The notes beneath the pieces are model-generated. The model was not told where the DNA came from. It was given only the letters and a program-made list of their open reading frames with translations, and did not search any database. A DNA stretch of 64,000 nucleotides, taken from the NCBI GenBank assembly GCA_023213395.1, contig CM041465.1, positions 3,906,001 through 3,970,000 on the forward strand. Direction: 5' to 3'. The translations under genes and the position numbers were made by a program. Source of the DNA: Cycas panzhihuaensis (taxonomy: Eukaryota; Plantae; Cycadophyta). This document shows positions 1 through 13,521 of this stretch, in pieces. Within the stretch, counting starts at the first letter, position 1. The number at the start of each line of letters is the position of its first letter.

Positions 1-1170
1 CTAAATAGAAATAAACACAGTTGTATACCAAATTAGTTGCAAATATCCATAGATTTCGTTGAAGATAGATAAAAAATTTTATAGTTGTAAGGAAAGACAC
101 AAATATATACACTACAGATGAAATAAAACACTAGGATTATAACAGATACAAATAAATAAATTAGATAGAGGATAGAGGACATAATCTCTGATACATAGTT
201 GTGCTACAAGTTTCTTTCTTGAGATGAATATAAGGATAAGGTGCAATGTGAGATTTGCCCAATGTAGGGATAGAATAAATTGATGCTTGAATGTAACGTG
301 TAGAGTAATATACTGATAGTAATACTCATACACAATCACAAGAAGATAGGATATTATCCTAAATGTAAATGTTCATATAAATATAAGTGTTTATTAGACC
401 AACAAGGGAAGATAAGATCAAGGTTTTGATTGAGAATTCACAAAAATAGTTCAACCTTTTTGTCAGATAGAATTAGTATAGATTGGAATATGAAAAGTAG
501 TAACAAGATTAATGTGTGATAAACTAAACTAATATGTATATCAATAATGCATGTAGCAAACTTCTCACATAGTTCTCTGTAGATGGCTCAAATATAAAAG
601 TATGAAGAACCTAGTAATGTAGCTGTAACAGATTTGTAGAAGATTGACTTCAGAGGATAAGATCTTCTTCTACACAAGGTAAAACTTCAAACTTATTTCT
701 CTAGTAGATAGATGGGCTTGCTAGGAATCCAATAAGCAGTCATATGCCACACTTTTGCTAAGCGTATGAAGAGCTAGATCATATAAACAGTTATCAAATA
801 ATCCCTAATGCTCCAATACCAAATGATAGATTCAAAGGAGTAGAGTGGGATGCTAGATCACAGACCTCTTGAGTAAACAAAGTGATTTTTGAAGTTGGAA
901 GTGTTAAAAAACACCAAGGAGGTATTCCTACCCCTTAAATAGAGCTTTGGGGAGGCAGCAAGTACCATCACCTGACTTGCACATTAGCCAATAAGTAATT
1001 CAAACAATATTAAAAATATAACAATAATAAATGAATACACATACCTTAATAAAGTTGCATCAGCTCTAGGTGGCTATTGGGAGGCTCTAGGTGCCCTAGG
1101 GGGCCTCAGAGGTGGCTTTGAGGGGCCTTGGGTGCATAGTTCTTTAGTGACATTGGGGTTAGTCCCAACA
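1..1170 (-). mobile_element. 5' end of an LTR retroelement (LTR 824-1170, Met-tRNA-type PBS 809-821, non-coding leader running off the window start)
   Basis: The minus strand reads TGTTGGGAC...TCTATCA-TT-TGGTATTGGAGCA (degenerate TGGTATCAGAGC). No coding domain is seen in 1-808. Confidence 0.55.
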
Positions 1171-2619
1171 TAGATTAGTCCCTCTAAGGATGCCTGCTAT
1201 TAAAAATAGGTTGATTTTATTTTGACTCCTTATTTTAGTAGTTAGTTAGTTTTCTTACTTTTCACTTCTTATGCATGGTGGTTTGCATTTACCTACTTGC
1301 ATAGTTGCATGTTTAGTTAGTTGCTAGATTCCTTCTTAGGCTCTTTTTCCCTTTTTTTATTTTCCAAATACTATTGAGCATACAACTGCATTTCCCTTAG
1401 TCTAAGATTGCCTTTCCATTCCCTACACTCATGTCTACAAGACACATAAGTAACTTTGAGTAAGAGTTTAGGATTGCTCCTTTCTATGTGATCTTTTACC
1501 CTTGATTAATTTCTATGTTAAGTTATGATATTCCATTCCTACTTGCCATCATTCATTGATGGCCATACTGGGGAATAAACCTAAAATATCTACTTGATAA
1601 TATAGTATTAACTCCTTCCTTTTATTTCACTTTTCATTCCTATCATAAGCCAGGTTTCCTACTAGTATATTGTGAATTTTATGAGCATCTCTTGCCCTCC
1701 TCTATGATGCATTAGGGCTTGAGTGTGCACCTCATTTAAGATATTGACCTTTTTAATTTATGATAGTTTATTATATGTGATGATTTTCTCACCAGTTACA
1801 TGGCTTGGCTTTTATTAATCCACTGTCATCTTTACCTCCTTGCTCTTTGCTAAGTGAGCATAACTTAATGGCAGAGCCATGGGGGTATTATTTGAATATA
1901 TAAATACCAAATCTGACACCATGTTAGAATATATGAATACAAACTCTAATACCATATTGGAAAATATGCATGATAGAAAATAAAATAGCTAATAGACAAA
2001 ATAGATGAGTGGATTAATAAATAAATGAAGCATAATGAAGATGAAGCATATACATATTAATACAACAAAATAGAAAAATAGCCAATCTTTAAATTATAAT
2101 AAGGATGATATACATACTTATAATACAACTCACCATGTATGTGAGAACCCTTAATGGTAAACTTGTTATAGTATGGTATACATTTCTATATAGCACATAA
2201 TTCAATGAGACCTTTATTATAAAATATAAATAAACTAGAAAGATTGTGGATGGGGATAGATATGTAATTAGGTATTACACCTAACATTCCTAATGATAAT
2301 AGATAATTAAATAAAATAGAATATCATATCAAGTGATAAGTCTTCAAATAAGTGCTAGAATATGAGTTATTATAATGAGATAATCAATTGTTGACATCCA
2401 TATAAAGTAAACTCCATTCGTTAAACCACACAGGTAACCAATTATTATGATCACCAGTTAACTAGGATGTTCTTTCGTGTATGTGGAATAATCAACTTTA
2501 CCCTAGGAACATGCCATCCTATGTGGCTAAATGCATAAGTTGAAGAAAAGTATATAAGGGTAGTTGAAAGGGTGTCTTACCTCTTGCCTATATGGGACAA
2601 TCCAAGTAGCTCTTTGACT

Positions 2620-2780
2620 ACAATGGCTAGAAATAAATGGCTCCAAGGCCTTATAATGGTATTATGGTCTTAAATTGCTAATATGGGCTATAAATCATGC
2701 CTATATGGGTTAAAACATACAACTATGGGTTAAAATCATGCCACTATAGGCTTACAATGGCCTTAATAGGCTAAAATATC
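2620..2780. repeat. Degenerate ~21-bp minisatellite (tatgggttaaaatcatgcc-like)
   Basis: Recurrent tatggg[c/t]taaaa/tcatgcc/caatggc units. Confidence 0.4.
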
Positions 2781-4156
2781 CAATGATAAGTGTCATAAAT
2801 ATGACTTGTATGACTTAAATATATATTAAATGGTTCTCTCAAATGATAAATTTTAATGATATTTTAACAAATATGGATTCTCTAGAGCCTAAAATGAGCC
2901 TTTATGATAAATTTTATATGTTACCCCCTCATTTGGGATAGATTATATCAATATAATATATAATAAATGACGTGGAACTTTGAAAAAAATACATTTATAT
3001 GATAAAATATTAGAAAAATGATGAAAAATAAAGTTTAGAAAAAAAATTTAAGTTTGAGCTAAAATATTTACCTCATAGCAACTCCAAATAATGTCAAGTG
3101 ACTTACTAAAATGAATCTCTCTTAATTAGGAACCTAATGCAACTAACGAGACTAAAAATAGAGTTTGTATGCTCAAGTTATAGGCAAAATAATGATGCTA
3201 ACTCCTTAAAATCTAAAAACTAGGGGGCTTAGTCCCTTTTGATGGATAGCGAGTGGATGCATATACGCTCCATGTGTGTAAGGGGCTAAATATAAAGGGG
3301 CTATTAAAACTCAAATGAGATCACAATCTAGTATAATTAGGTTTGCATTTACAAAAAATATAAAACCCTTTTCATAAAATTTAATATCCTTGACTTATGG
3401 AAAAAAAATGCCAAATCAATATCCTCCATAAAGAATAACATACACCAAAAGATTTTTCCAAAAAATTTAAAATGATTAGGTTTTTACTATTTTATCTTCC
3501 TATGTAAGTGGACTTTGGGCAGCAAGGATGCAAGTGTGCAATGATATACAGGTAGCTCTAACATTGTTTATAGGTGTCTCTCATGTAGGGGTGAAATATT
3601 GTTGATGGAGTTTGCCATTGTTTACATGGATTATGCTCATATAAAGTTTGTTAGCACCCTAGTTTGATTCTTCCTCAACCAACTCTAACAAAACCTCATT
3701 TATATGGTATTCTCTATTATCTCCAAAAATGTATTTGTCAGTATCTTAATGGTTGAATCCTTTATTTTATAGTCATCTTTATCTATCTTTTATTATCAAT
3801 GATGTGTAAGTCATAGTCCTTTCTAGTGAGAATTTACAGTCTATTTATTCTCCTTTATCATGGAGGTTTCCCATACCTTTTGAGTAGGGGTTCATAAATC
3901 CCATCGCATTCTATCTTAACCAATGGCTCCTCTCCCTATTATGCTAAGAACAAGTATTGCTACTATCATCAAGGTGGACCATAATGATGAATAATATAGA
4001 GAAATAGACAATAATATAGAAAACTCTTCATAAAGAAGAAATTGATTCTTGGTTAAATCATCACTTTATTGCTAGGTGATGGGCATTTGACTCATTTCAA
4101 GTCACATATTAATCCATTAAAATTAAGAGACAATGGCCTTCTTTTAAACTTATATC

Positions 4157-4159
<3 letters not shown>

Positions 4160-4217
<58 letters not shown>
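4160..4217. repeat. (ATT)n microsatellite, ~19 units
   Basis: Perfect attattatt run. Confidence 0.98.
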
Positions 4218-5819
4218 GCAAGGTCTAGGTTATAATAGGTTTTAAAAAATAAAAACAACCTCTCAAACCCTGCATATGTGTTAATGATGGTGCAATCCCT
4301 ATAGATAAAAATTAGATATAATTATATAACTTCAAATAAAACATACATATCTCATTTTTATAGGCACTTTAAACAAAGTCATTCTATATATGCATAAGTA
4401 GATATTATGTTTTTTTGTATTTTTTAAAGCCATTTTATATTATAAAGAAAGAAAGTATTTTAAGCTTTCTAAAAAAATTTGAATGGCCTTTTTTGGCCTT
4501 AAATTTAGAAACAAATCCTAGTCATAAGACACCCTTAAAGGCCTCCAAATTGAGGCTAAAAGACTATAAAAAGACTCACTTTTTCTTTCTTTCTTTCTTT
4601 TCTTAATAATAGATTCACATCATCTGAAAGGTGATCAAGCCTACAACTAGTGTCTATGTACTATATTTTCTATAATAAACAACTTCAAAATAGAGTCTTT
4701 TTTATAACTTCATGAATAATCCTTTTAGTAACTCTAATGTGCTTCAAGGTAGGCTTTAAACAACATTTTTGGTAGCTCAAAACATGGTTCAAATAGCCTC
4801 TAAAAAACCCTCAATTTTTTTCCTTTTAATAGTTTTAAATATGCTTTAAAATAGCTTCATAATGACATCAAGATAGCCTCTTAAAATTACTTTAAAATAT
4901 GATAAAATAGGCTTGAATTTTTTTAAAAATAATAATAATAGCCATTTAAATTTTTAAAATAGAGATAAGAATGTAGCCCCTTAAATGTGCATAAAATACA
5001 ATGTAATGCAATTTTAAATGTCTTAAAAAAAAACTCTTTCAAATGGGCAAAAAATAGGTCACTAATTAGGCATAGAATAGGTTCCTTAAACAATATAAAA
5101 TAAGCTCTGAAAGGTTGAAAAGAATAAGCTTTAAAATATTTCCCTTAAGAATTTGAACCTTGGTATCTGATATTGTGTTGGAAAATATGCATCATAGGTA
5201 TGATACCATGATAGAAAATAAAATAGCTAATAGACAAAATGGGTGAGTGAATAAACAAAGAAATGAAGCATAATGAAGATGAAGTATGTACATGTTAACA
5301 CAGTAAAATGGAAGAATGACTAAACTTTAAATTAGAATTAGGATGATATGCATACTTATAATACAACTCACCATGTGTGAGAACCCTCAATGGTCAACTT
5401 GTTGTGGGCTACCACACAACTCAACCAAACATCTAATATAAAATATAAATAAGATAGAGAAAGTATGAATGGGCATAAATATATAATTGGGTATTACACC
5501 TAATAGATATGATCCTTTAAAGATTCATGATTCAAGTATATCATAAGACAAACATCTATATATGCCCTTCCTTGCTATAGTAGTGAAATATGGATACCTT
5601 TGGAGTTATATTTCTATTATGACAACCTTATAGGTACTTTATCACATATGAGTAGGACTCATTAGCTTTAGGACCCATCACTTTATCCTTAATCCATTAC
5701 TCCTACCTACTTATATGATCAGTCCTAAGTAACTATCCCATATACACTCTTTAATCATATACCAACTAACCCTTTGAAAACTAGAGCCACTAAGAAAATC
5801 ATCCAAGATCCAGAAATCA

Positions 5820-8800
5820 TGTGATAATGATCAAATAATAAGCTATAATGTCAAAATAATATAATGAATAAGTAAAAGACAAGAGCAACACTAAGATAAA
5901 TTATTCACAGGTAAATTAGTCACCATGTGAGGCTCAATTTGGGCAGAGCTTTTGCATATACTTCAAGATCATATACAAAAGAATGATATGGGGCTTAATT
6001 TATAAGCAAATTGTCAATATTTCAAGGATTATAATTGATTGACTAAGTAGCACATGTGGTAGACCTGACTTGATTATCAAATGTAATGAATTTAACAATG
6101 TGGGTTACCTTATGATACAAAATACACATGATGTACATAAAATTAACATATATTACAAAGAAATAAAGGTGATATTACAAAGTTTTAGCACCCTTCTTTA
6201 ATAGCAACTTCATTTCTTCTAATACTGAAGTTGTATCAAAACTACTCAAACTTTAGTTTACCAAGTGCTTTAGTGAAGACTTGGTCCTTAGTTGGTTGAT
6301 GAATTCAATTGATGAATCTGTCAGGAGGTTATTGAAAGTGAACTTCCTTTGTGAGCTTTCCATTTAGAAAGGTAATATTTAATACCATGTGAGCTTTATG
6401 ATACTCAATAGGGCTAATTGCATGGAATTTTATTTTGCATAGCCATCTATAATTAATTTCCTTTCTCCCAAGTGGTAATTCTATTAGCTCTTAAGTGTCA
6501 TTTGTTATGATGTAGTTCATCTCTTCATCTATAGATTCTTTCCAAGTTTGGTCTTTTACTACATCCTCAAATGTAGAAGGCTTATATATTTTAAGGACAT
6601 GTGCCATTAAGGCAAAATTTATAGAGTGTCTTATTTTTTTAGGTATTTTGCTAGCTATGGGAGGAGGAGAAGTATCCTTTAATATTTACTATACCCATTT
6701 AGGAGGTAGTTAAATGATGGTAGATTCCACCTAAAGGTCTTTAATTGAAATAGGTGGCAAGGTTATCCTTACTTATGTTTCTGGTATGGAGGCTACTAGA
6801 ATTGATGAAGGACCTAGATTATAGGAGGAGGCTAGTATTGGTGGCTCTAGAATTTATTTAAAAGATACTTGTGATACACTAACATCATCTATTTCTATAA
6901 TCTAAGTTTAACATAGAGTCAGGTCCTATGTATCCTCTGTAAATATGATGTCCTGAGTTATGTAAGCTTAGTTTCTAATAGTGTCAAACACCTTGTAGGC
7001 TTTACAAAGAAGTACATAACTAAGGAAGATATATTTTAGGCTCTTATCATTAAGCTTCTTTTTGTTCTCCTTAAGAACAAGTTTATATGTTGCAGATCCA
7101 AAAATCTTCAAGTATGCAATAATTGGTTTCTGTCCTGACCAATATTCTTTAAGAGTGATATTCTTAACCATAATTGTGGGACTTATATTGGTTAGGTATA
7201 CAACTATATATATAGAATTAGCCTAAAATATGGTGGCTAGATTTACAACACCAAGCATGGCTTTTCCTTTGTTTACCAATGTTTGATTCATCCTTTTGAC
7301 TATATTATTTTATTATAGTATGTGGGGTACTAAAAATTGGATTTGGATGCCATGTTCCTTGCAAAAGTCATTAAACTAATTAGAGATATACTCATCACCA
7401 TTATCAAATCTAAGGGTCTTAATTATCATACCACTTTCATTCTTAACAATAACTTTGAACTCTTTAAATTTGCCTAGGGATTAGTACTTATTTTTGAAGA
7501 AGTAGACCCATACTTTCCTTGAGAAGTTATCTAAGAATATGACGAAATACAAGTTCTCATTGAGTGATTAGATTAAGATGGGCCTACAAATGTCTGAGTG
7601 GACCAACTCTAATGGTTTTGAGGCTCTCCATGCATTCTTGGAAAGGAATTTTTCTCTTTACTACTTTCCCTTGAGGCGTGGCTTACATATGCTACTATAT
7701 TTCTTAATTTTAGGTAAACCATATACTATTTAAAGCCTAGATATATGGTTCAAGCTTTACATATTTAAATGAATAAGGTGTTGATGTCATAATTAGTCTT
7801 TGGTGCTATTCAGATTGGCCTTTTATTTTTAATGTGAGCATTCTCTCAATTCCTGGATAGAAGGGAATTATTTAATAATTACACCTTTCCCCTTATCAAG
7901 TTGAGCACTTTGGGCCATTAAGTAGGATTTATTTAGTGAGTAATGGAAAGGGGAATACCATCTAACCTATATAAACTACCATCTTTATGTCATATGACCA
8001 CAAGTTTATTAGTTGCATGATCTATAATTTTATAAATACCTTGGCTAAAGAGGACATCTAGATTCTTCTTGTCCATTTGACTGATGGAGAGCAAGTTCAT
8101 TTTCATTCCTAGAACAATGAACACATTATTGATATGGTGTCTAATGTTGGAATCTTTTAATGCTATTAGAGCCCTACCAATTTTGATCACATCCTATATT
8201 AAATTATCACAAAATGTGATTGTTTGGATGCTTATTAGGTAGGTCTCTTCCAACATCTTTTCTAAATTAGTCATACATCTAGTTGTATTAGAATCAAGAA
8301 GCTAAGAATCTTCATAAAGTTAAGAAGATAGAGCTACAAAGAATAGGTTATGGGAGGAAGTATCCTAATTATCTCCTACATTACCTCCTTGCTATTGAAT
8401 ATTTTACTAGTTCTCTTAATTTCTATTGGGGAACCACTTCCTGTTCTATGGCCTTTGGCTTTGAGTAGGTTTTGGATTCTAATTTTGTTGGTAGAATTGG
8501 TCTTGTGGTTGAAATGATGGCCCTCCTTATGTATAGAAAGAATCTCCTTATTATAAGATAGGGCCACCTTATTAGTAATAGGGGGGTCCTTATAACAAAA
8601 TAAAACCTCCTTATTACGAGAAAGGGGCTTCTTGTAGAGGGCATAATCCTCCTTATTGATAGCTTTGCCTTTGTTGAGGGTAGCATAGACCTCTTTGTTG
8701 ATAAGAGGGTGCTCCTTATTAATAAAATAGAGTTGTTTGTTAATAATATGGGGAAAATTATTGGAATCTAGGCCCATAATATTAACTCCCTTAATTTTGT

Positions 8801-10650
8801 GAGAGTTAAAAATCATCTTAATACATCCTATATTCAACAATAAGGTGTTCAGTTTTTCCACAGTAAAGGCATATGACATTTGGTCTACTCTACCAGTTCT
8901 TTTATGGTTAAGACTGTGGTTGTTACTGTTGCTCAAATAGATTAAAGGAGGTATTAATTAGTTATTACTACTAGTGAGTTGGATAATAATGTATCTATTG
9001 AGAGATGGTGAGAGAGTCTAATTATTGAGCTTGATTTTGGTGCTAACTAGGCTGATGAGCTACTCTATTAATAGTCTTGCCTTTTTTGAATTACAAACTA
9101 TAAAAGTAGGGGCCAAGACATATATAGATATAAGATTAAGTCAATTGAGTATATTCTCCTCTCATAGTAAGAGTCTCTTAAAGGTTATGAGGTTTATTTT
9201 AAAATAATTATCATGAATTTTAGAGACAAAAGAATTATATTCTATTGGTAAAAGGTTTAGGATGCTAGATATGAGGTCATGATCTAAAGGTTGTTTACTA
9301 GATTATTAATTGGTTCTTAATGGTTTTTATTTTAGTCAAGTGAGTTGTAATAGTGCCTATAAAATAGATGGTAAATATGCAAGATTTAAGGGTTAAGGAT
9401 CTAGATTCATCCTTTCTCTTATAGAGGCCACAAAGAATAGTCCACCCCTCACGAGATGTTTAGGTTATTTCAATATTTTTAGTCTACTTGGTCTTCAACA
9501 ACCAAGTGGAGGAAGGAGAAAGAAACATCATCCTTAGCTTTAAAGTTAGTTAAGGCCATAGGATTAGGAGGAATTAAGGTGTTAGGGTTATTAGGGTCTT
9601 GTGTAGGCCTCGGTAAGAGTATATCTCCATTTATATAGGCTCAAAAGTCATTCATGATAAGTAGATTTTTAACTTATTTTTTTCATGGAATAAAATTATA
9701 GATGTCATTAAGTTTAATTATGTTGTATAATAACATTTATGATGTAATTATTCTAAGTTTTTTTTTTTCTTTATGTCTTTAAAGTTTATGTTATTATGAA
9801 CTAAACTACCTAAGGGGCTGCTAATCTAGGAAAGTTCTTTGTTATTATTTTATCTAGTAGTGCTTACCCATAAGTGGTAAACTAGGGGCCTTATATATTG
9901 ATATGTCAGCTCAAGGCACTATATACCTTAATACATGGGCTATAATAAAGGTCTAAGACCCTCCCAATTTGTTTCCCCACCTATACTAGACTTCTACCTA
10001 GTGAAAGATCTAACTATGAGAGCTTAACTAATTGAGGCACTCACCTCCTTTGAGTTTAACGTAGTCTCCAAACTCTAATAGGAAAGGTTTATATTTTAGC
10101 CTACCACCTATTACACCTTATATCTAATGGTTTCCTTAATAAATTAGAGTACACCTATGGCATGTACAAGGTGGTGACTTTAGGGGTCCTAACTGTTCCC
10201 CTTACAAGGTTAGAATAAGGGCGATTAATTAGGGACTTATCCTTTTTAATATGAGAGTATCAATTTTATGGTATGATTTATTACAACTAAAAGGTTATTT
10301 TAAAGTAAAATAACTAAAATATAAAATCAAAATAAAGGAAATTAAAAGACAATGATGGGTTTAGAGTGCTCTTTGATTAGGCATACAAAAGAGAGAGTCA
10401 CATCAATATTCTAAGAGCAATATCCACAAAAAATCAATACTACACACTTGTTAGCCTTAAAAATAGAATAAGATAGCTAATTAAAAATTACAAATAGCAT
10501 AAAGCAGTAAGAGAGTATTTGAAAAACTAAAATAGGCCTTTAAAATTTGAGAAAAAGGCTCAAATAAGATCAAATACCAAGATCAACTTTGGTAGCTTAT
10601 AACTTTAGCAAAACTACTTCAAATCTAGCTCAATTTAATTCCAAATTATT
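5820..10650 (-). mobile_element. Decayed Ty1/copia element: 3' LTR 5820-6190, PPT ~6191-6203, gag-pol remnants ~6200-9750 with most of RT deleted, leader to ~10650; 5' LTR missing
   Basis: Minus-strand translation gives the gag N-terminus (~9750), a zinc knuckle VICLYCGKTEHL (~8830-8880), protease/pre-integrase (NLLSISQMDKK), integrase (WSGQKPIIAYLKIFGSATY...LNDKSLKYIFLSY), the start of RT, then the RNase H end (FTKALGK). TTAAAGAAGGG precedes TGCTAAAAC. Confidence 0.88.
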
Positions 10651-11189
10651 AGTGTGGTGATGGAGCAATAGTGCATGTGTTTTTATGAATAAGTTAGATG
10701 GCATATGGCAACTTAGTACTCCTTGGAATATGATTTACGTGAAGGAGATTTATGGGCATGATAAGGCAAATTTGAGGACAAGAAAAATGGTGATTTGAGG
10801 TAATGAGATGCTTGTTGCATGTGAGGTTGCATGACAAGATAGGGCATTTGTTGGGCATGTTTAAGGATAATATTTAGCATGTTTGATGATGTGTTATTTT
10901 AATTGATTAAATGGGTAAAGAAGGATGAGTTTTGTTAAAGATAACTGAGTTGCAAAAAAGTAAACTTTGTTGAGCAGTGTAGATCATTACATGATTTATA
11001 AGGTATGGTTTATTCATTGGTAATGTTGTGGCATGAGTTGTGTTTTAGGCAATTAATTGAACTGTGATGTGTCTTGATGATTTAATGATAACATATGATA
11101 TGTATGATCATTTTGAAAGTTATGAGGCATTGATTTAATGGTGAAGGAAGTGGTTCATATACTCGTTGATTGTTTGGAAATATGGACAC

Positions 11190-11487
11190 TGAAAAGGGTT
11201 AATGACATAAGGTCATTACATTAGTTGATTATTTCGAAAAAGGGTCTTAAGTGAACTTTAAATTAGATCACTTAAGTGAAATGCACTTTCATGTGCATTA
11301 TGTGTAATTTCATTTCACCTAACTCAAATGCTCCCTCTCTCAATATAAAAGTAAAGCTTAATGGAGGAGATTCATTCTTTACCTCCCCATTTTGTGAGAG
11401 CTACTTTCTTTCTCTCAAGTCTCTCTTACTCCCATGTTTGCCTTTGTGTTTAGTGCATGGAGATGAAGGATAGATCCACTCTTTTCA
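11190..11487 (+). repeat. 5' LTR of the young copia
   Basis: Near-identical to 18432-18729. Confidence 0.97.
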
Positions 11488-13521
11488 TGTGGTATTAGAG
11501 CTTGCTTCCTTCATATTCCCCACTTGCACTTGCAATGGAGCCATCACTTCCTTCTCCCCCACAATCCATGTGGTGAAGGAGATTGTGAAAGTGAATTTAG
11601 AAATATTTTCAAGTTATTATGATAGCATATTTTGTATTGTTTGCTTTTCCTTTCTCTTTTGCAGGTTTGGAAGCATAATATAAGGAGTTGTAAGGCCCAA
11701 GGATTCCAATCCTTTGCTGGCCATTCATGCTATCTCATTCTTCTTTTTCTTTTCCCTTTTTTGTCCATTTAACAAGGGAAATCTTTGAAATTTTTCCGAC
11801 ATTTAGAAGAATGATTGTAAGGAGTTTTACCCATTTTTTTAAAAGAATTTTGAGCCATTTAAAATATCTATCATTGTATGCTCTCACCTTGCCCATATTG
11901 GGATCCTGGTGATCAAAAAATGATGGAAATTTCATATGGTATCATGTGTTAATGAGATATTAACAAGCTGAAATTTCTGCAGAAATATAATTTGATTACT
12001 GAACTTCACAGGTCTGCAAAATCTTCTACAGAGATCCAATTGAAGTGATTCCAATTGTCAAAGATGGGGCTCTGAGTCTACTTTCCAGTGCAAAAACTGG
12101 CACCTAATTTGGATGTCGTATGAGGAAGTTATTGCTGTTTTAGTGAACATCAGTTATTTTTAGTAAGAATTCTAGAAAAATATAATTTCCTAACTTTGCG
12201 GGGCTGTCAAAAACTTTCTAGAACTCATTTGGACTTGATTCCACTTCCTGAAATGAGGCTTTGAGTCTAGTTTATAGCACAAAAACCAGCACTCCATTTC
12301 AACATCGTGGGAGAAAGTTATTGCAGATTTAGTGAAGAGTACTTTTTTTTGTATTAACAAAAAAAAAAAAAAAAGTGAAGAAAATTTCTTCCTTTTTATA
12401 AGGCTTAAAAGCCCATTGTAAAAGTGAGAAAAAAAAAAACACCTGGATCAGAGCAATATCCGGTGTCCTCACTCACTTATTATCATTGCATTTCAGTACT
12501 CTAAAATCACTCAAAGCAAGCACACAAAGACACTTCAAGCAAGCACTCCAAAAGCACACCAAGCAAGCACTATTTTCAGTTAAATGTACGTTTGATGCAA
12601 TTCGATAATCTTTTCACTCTTCCTAAAAGGAACGCATCACGTATGTTATTTTCCGCCATCTTGTACCTATTCACACACTCGCCAAGGTTGAGATACCTTG
12701 GTTGGCAGAATCTTAGTGCCATAAAGGAGGTGTGGGTTTCAAGTTGGGGCCCGGACTAAACCGGAATATTGGTGAGGTTTGGTTAGCCATACCACCGTGC
12801 CTCAATCAGGGATCATCCTGATAACCAACCAGGAAAACTGAAACTTTAATACAAGATTAAAATATACCCGATCCAATATCTGTCATAGCCATGGGTATGC
12901 ACATACCACTCTTTAGAGGAGGTATATAGCTGCTCATTAGTGAACTGGGTGAGGATTGGGAGTACATGGGCTCTGTTGTGACCTGGATTTCATCACCAAG
13001 TACAATTGTGTATCATGGTGAAGGCCAAATTAATTCTACTAGAAGCCTAGGCATCCCTTCAACAACCTCAACTACACGTTGGACATAAGTTAGAGGTTAT
13101 TGGGTTGATTACGCATCCTACATTCGAGTTTCAAGTTGTGTAAACCCAATGATGTCAACTTCTACATTGGCCTACAATCTTGTATATTGATCACTTACTT
13201 ATTTGTAAAAAGTGATCCATAGTGTAATCACAATCATAGTGCTTCTCATATTCCTACTGCGTCAGGTTAATATTTACCACAAGTGTTAGTGGCCAATTTT
13301 TATCATAGTGCTTCTCATATTCCTACTCACAGTTAATATTTGTCACAAGTGTTGGTGACTTTTCTCTAAGTTGTTCCCTTCATCTTTGAGCAACCATTCT
13401 CACTTCTTCTTCCTTCTTCTACACTACTTCATTATATTTCCCATTTGTAAATAGTGATCGGTCATTTATTACCATCACTTTTATAGTCCCTTGTTCATTT
13501 CTTCCCTTCTAAAAAGACACA

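Larger units (their letters stand above)
1955..5505 (-). mobile_element. Non-coding LTR element or pair of related LTRs (LTR copies ~1955-2286 and ~5176-5505)
   Basis: A ~330-bp direct repeat (tgatagaaaataaaatagctaatagacaaaat...ggtattacacctaa[c/t]a). It starts TGTTAGG/TATTAGG on the minus strand and is followed by PBS-like TGGTAT[C/T]AGA. No recognisable ORF lies between the copies, and no TSD was found. Confidence 0.65.

Noticed and set aside
1171-1890. Possible gypsy LTR/PBS remnant (ACTGGGGA at ~1567)
   Set aside because: Too degenerate, with no partner repeat or coding support.
8376-8936. 186-aa ORF with NKE repeats
   Set aside because: It is an off-frame reading of the gag Q/G-rich repeat region; the zinc knuckle is in another frame.
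11276-11473. 65-aa ORF repeated at 18518-18712
   Set aside because: It lies within the two LTRs; the repetition reflects LTR identity, not a gene.
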